DNA of 19,641 bases, from NCBI GenBank assembly GCA_000388065.2, contig KB932217.1; one strand, written 5' to 3'. The notes beneath the pieces are model-generated. The model searched no databases. It worked only from the letters and a program-made list of their open reading frames with translations, and was not told the DNA's origin. Positions 17,066-19,641 of the stretch are shown in pieces. A program made the position numbers and the translations under genes. Positions within the stretch are counted from its first letter, which is position 1. Each line of letters opens with the position of its first letter. This stretch comes from Fonticula alba ATCC 38817 (Eukaryota; Protista; Nucleariida).

Positions 17066-19512
17066 TTAGAAGGGGGTGGTCGGGGAGTTGGCCGCGCTCA
17101 CGGCGGCCGCGGTCTCCGACAGCAGGGCGTCCAGGTCCAACTCCAGGGCCGCGGTGTCGACGACCGGCACGCCGAAGGTGGCACCAAAGTCACCGAGCGC
17201 CGGAGCATTGTTCATGAAGGCCGAGTAGTCCGGCGCGGCCTCGGCCGCCGGCGGCTGGTACGGCTCATAGTCGATGGTGGACGAGTCGATGACATCGAAG
17301 CCCAGGCCGTTGTCAGCCGCCGGAGGGGCAGCAGCAGCAGCAGCAGCAGCAGCAGCGGGCGGGGAGACCACCGACCCGGCCGGCGACACCGGGAAGACCG
17401 GCACCAGTGGCGGCGGGCTGAACGGGCTCGAGGGGACATGCGCACTGCCGGGGGAGATGGGCGTCGGGGGCTCCGAGGTGAAGGTGCACAGGTCGGCCAT
17501 GGCCGCGTGGGCGGCCTCCAGGGCGGCCGCCGCATCGCGCTCCTCCTGGGTCAAGCCGTCATCCTCCACCGGAGGGGTGTCGGGCTCCTCCGGCTGCAGG
17601 GGCTGCAGCGGCGGCGGCGGGGCAGCGAAGGCCTGCAGCGGCGGCGGCGAGGACGCATCCCCGGCCGCGTCATCCTCAGCAGCACCCGCATGGCCCGGGT
17701 GCTGGTGCTCATGCATGGCCGGGCTACCGGCCGCCGAGGATGAGGGGCTCGCCTTGACCTGGTGGGCGGTGTGGATGGCGGCCGCGATTTCCCGGGCGAT
17801 GGAGGACTTCTCCCGCTCGGCGGTGGAGCGCTGCTGATCGGCACTGCGCTCCATGTACTGCTCGCGGGCCAGCTGCTCCACCGGCGAGGTGTACACACAG
17901 GCGGCCACGTCCCACGGCTGCGGCGCGACCGGGAACACCTGCGGGCAGCTCTCGATCATGTACGCCAGCAGAGATGGCTGGAGCTGGACAAACTGCAAGT
18001 CCAGGTGGCTGTCGCCGAAGATGCACGGGGCCCAGCAGATGGACAGGGCCTGGGCATTCATCAAGTTGTGGTTGGTGAAAAGCAGCACGCGCCACAGGTG
18101 ATGCAGCAGGAAGACCAGCGTGTCGCGATTGGCATCCGGCAAGCCGAGGACGAGGCGCTCGAGTTCGGCATTGCGCTGGCTCTGTGAGCACATGCCACAC
18201 AAAGCCGACGGGGCGGGCACAGGGGAGACGTTTGTCAGTAAGCGCATCGCCAAAGTCCATGGCAAGCAAGCGGGAGCAGCCACGCCCAACACCATGCCCA
18301 AGGAAGGGGGGAGAGAGGAAGAGAGAGGAAGAAAGAGGAAGAAAGAGGAAGAGAGAGGAAGAGAGAGGAAGAGAGAGGAAGAGAGAGGAAGAGAGGAAGA
18401 AAGAGGAAGAGAGAGGAAGAAAGAGGAAGAGAGAGGGAAATGGAGGAAATGGGGGAATGTGCGCCCCAAAGGCGGGGCAGGAAACACCAAAAGCACCACA
18501 CACGCACCAGGTCCGTCAGCGAGCACAGATCGATGAACGGCTGCAGCAGCTCATGCGGGATGACCGCCTGCGGGGCAGACCGCAGGAAGAGCTTCAGCAG
18601 GGACGCCACATCGGAGATCTGCACATCGGCCGCGGGGTAATTGGCCAGCAGGTGGTCCGCCAGCGGGGGCTGGCTCGTGCGACAGGCATTCTGCAAGTCC
18701 TCGATGCGGTTCTTCCGGCCAGGCACGCGGTAGATGCCCTCCTCGCGGAGGCCGAACTTCTCCAGGAAGTACACGCAATCCACCACCACCTCCGGCACAT
18801 GCCACTTGAAGGGCTTGCCCGGGGCCAGCAGCGGCTTGGCGAACAGCCGGGAGGCCGGCGGCGGGGGGATCTCCACCGGGACGGCCGCCGGCTCCGGGGC
18901 CGGGGGCTCGCCATCAGCCGGGGCGGCCGGCGCCATGCCGGCCTCCTCTTCGGCGTGCTGGGCGGCCGCCCGCGCGGCGGCCACCGCCCGCGCCAGCGAC
19001 GCGGCCTGGGCCTGCTGCTGGGACAGCAGGACCGGGTCCTCGGGCAGGGTGGCATTCCCGCCGCCGGAGGAGGAGGCCGAGGAAATGCTTGACACCGAGC
19101 TGGCCGGCGAGAGGGCCGACACGGCGGAAGCCGGGGCCGCCGCCGGGGCCGGGGCCGCCACCGCCGCCTGAGCCACCGCCACATTGTGGTCGTTGTACCG
19201 CTGCAGGCAGGCGTCCAGCGGCAGGCCGAAGACGCTGTCCGTCACGCGGGCCGCCGGCACCCGGTTGGCGTCCTCCGGGTTGCGGCTCTTCTCCTCGAGG
19301 TCACGCAGGCGCGCGGCCTCCAAATTGACCGCATAGAAGTCCTCGTACTCCACGTAGGCGGGGATGCTGTCGCCGGTGCGCGTGCGCGACAGGAACCCCT
19401 CGATGTCGGCCATCGAGGTGGAGGCATGGATGTTCCGGCGGACGGCCTCCAGCGAGGGCTGCGTCTGGCGGATGAGCTCCTCCTGGGCCTCGATCAGCTC
19501 GAGGATGGCATT
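17066..19512 (-). CDS. RhoGAP-domain protein, probably F-BAR + RhoGAP (Rgd1/MEGAP-like); 5'-partial, last two exons
   Basis: Exons 19512-18508 and 18181-17066 (phase 0; GTGCGT donor); the upstream intron runs off the window. RhoGAP motifs: VPEVVVDCVYFLEKFGLREEGIYRVPG (arginine finger at 18727-18729), DVASLLKLFLRSAP, LVFLLHHL...NLMNAQALSICWAPCIF. Upstream DIEGFLSRTRTGDSIPAYVEYEDFY resembles the conserved end of F-BAR domains (DIxxFIxxxxTGxxxP); the F-BAR call is less certain. Long Pro/Ala/acidic C-terminal tail. Confidence 0.85.
18312..18437. repeat. Purine decamer repeat (GARAGAGGAA)n, about 12 units, in the last RhoGAP intron (pyrimidine on the sense strand)
   Basis: Read directly. Confidence 0.9.
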
Positions 19513-19641
19513 CTGCCGGCCGGCGGGGGAGGGCGCAAAGCAGGGCGATGGTTGGGCCCGCGCACACAGACACACGAAGACCGGGCGTCAGAAGGGGGAG
19601 CAAGGGGGAAAGAAAGAGGCAAGGGACGAAAGGGGGGGGGG

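Noticed and set aside
16047-17743. ORFs spanning the N run
   Set aside because: They are artefacts of translating through the gap.

Overview
GC-rich, intron-containing eukaryotic genomic DNA. The style (GC3-biased exons, 100-330 nt introns filled with CT/CA microsatellites, GTGCGT donors, cysteine-rich receptor TKL kinase) resembles Fonticula-like holomycotan protists; this is an inference only. The raw ORF track is mostly misleading, so I rebuilt spliced gene models by hand from GT-AG sites and reading-frame continuity. Six genes result: (1) EHBP1/EEIG1-type NT-C2 + coiled-coil protein (-, runs off the left end); (2) VMA21-like V-ATPase assembly factor (+); (3) SETD9-like SET-domain protein (-); (4) PDCD2L/Tsr4-like uS5 chaperone (+) carrying a WG-repeat insert; (5) a 1466-aa single-pass receptor with furin-like Cys-rich repeats, Ser/Gly inserts and a non-RD TKL kinase (+); (6) the 3' part of an F-BAR-RhoGAP (-, runs off the right end). 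There is a 362-N assembly gap. No RNA genes, transposases or CRISPR arrays are supported. The best leads are: a CAATAYAMA motif on the sense strand downstream of all five stop codons (candidate lineage-specific poly(A) signal); Argonaute-hook-like DAWG repeats inside a ribosomal-protein chaperone; a +4C splice-donor consensus; a perfectly duplicated 155-bp promoter module with CLEAR/E-box-like sites upstream of VMA21; and the non-RD receptor kinase.
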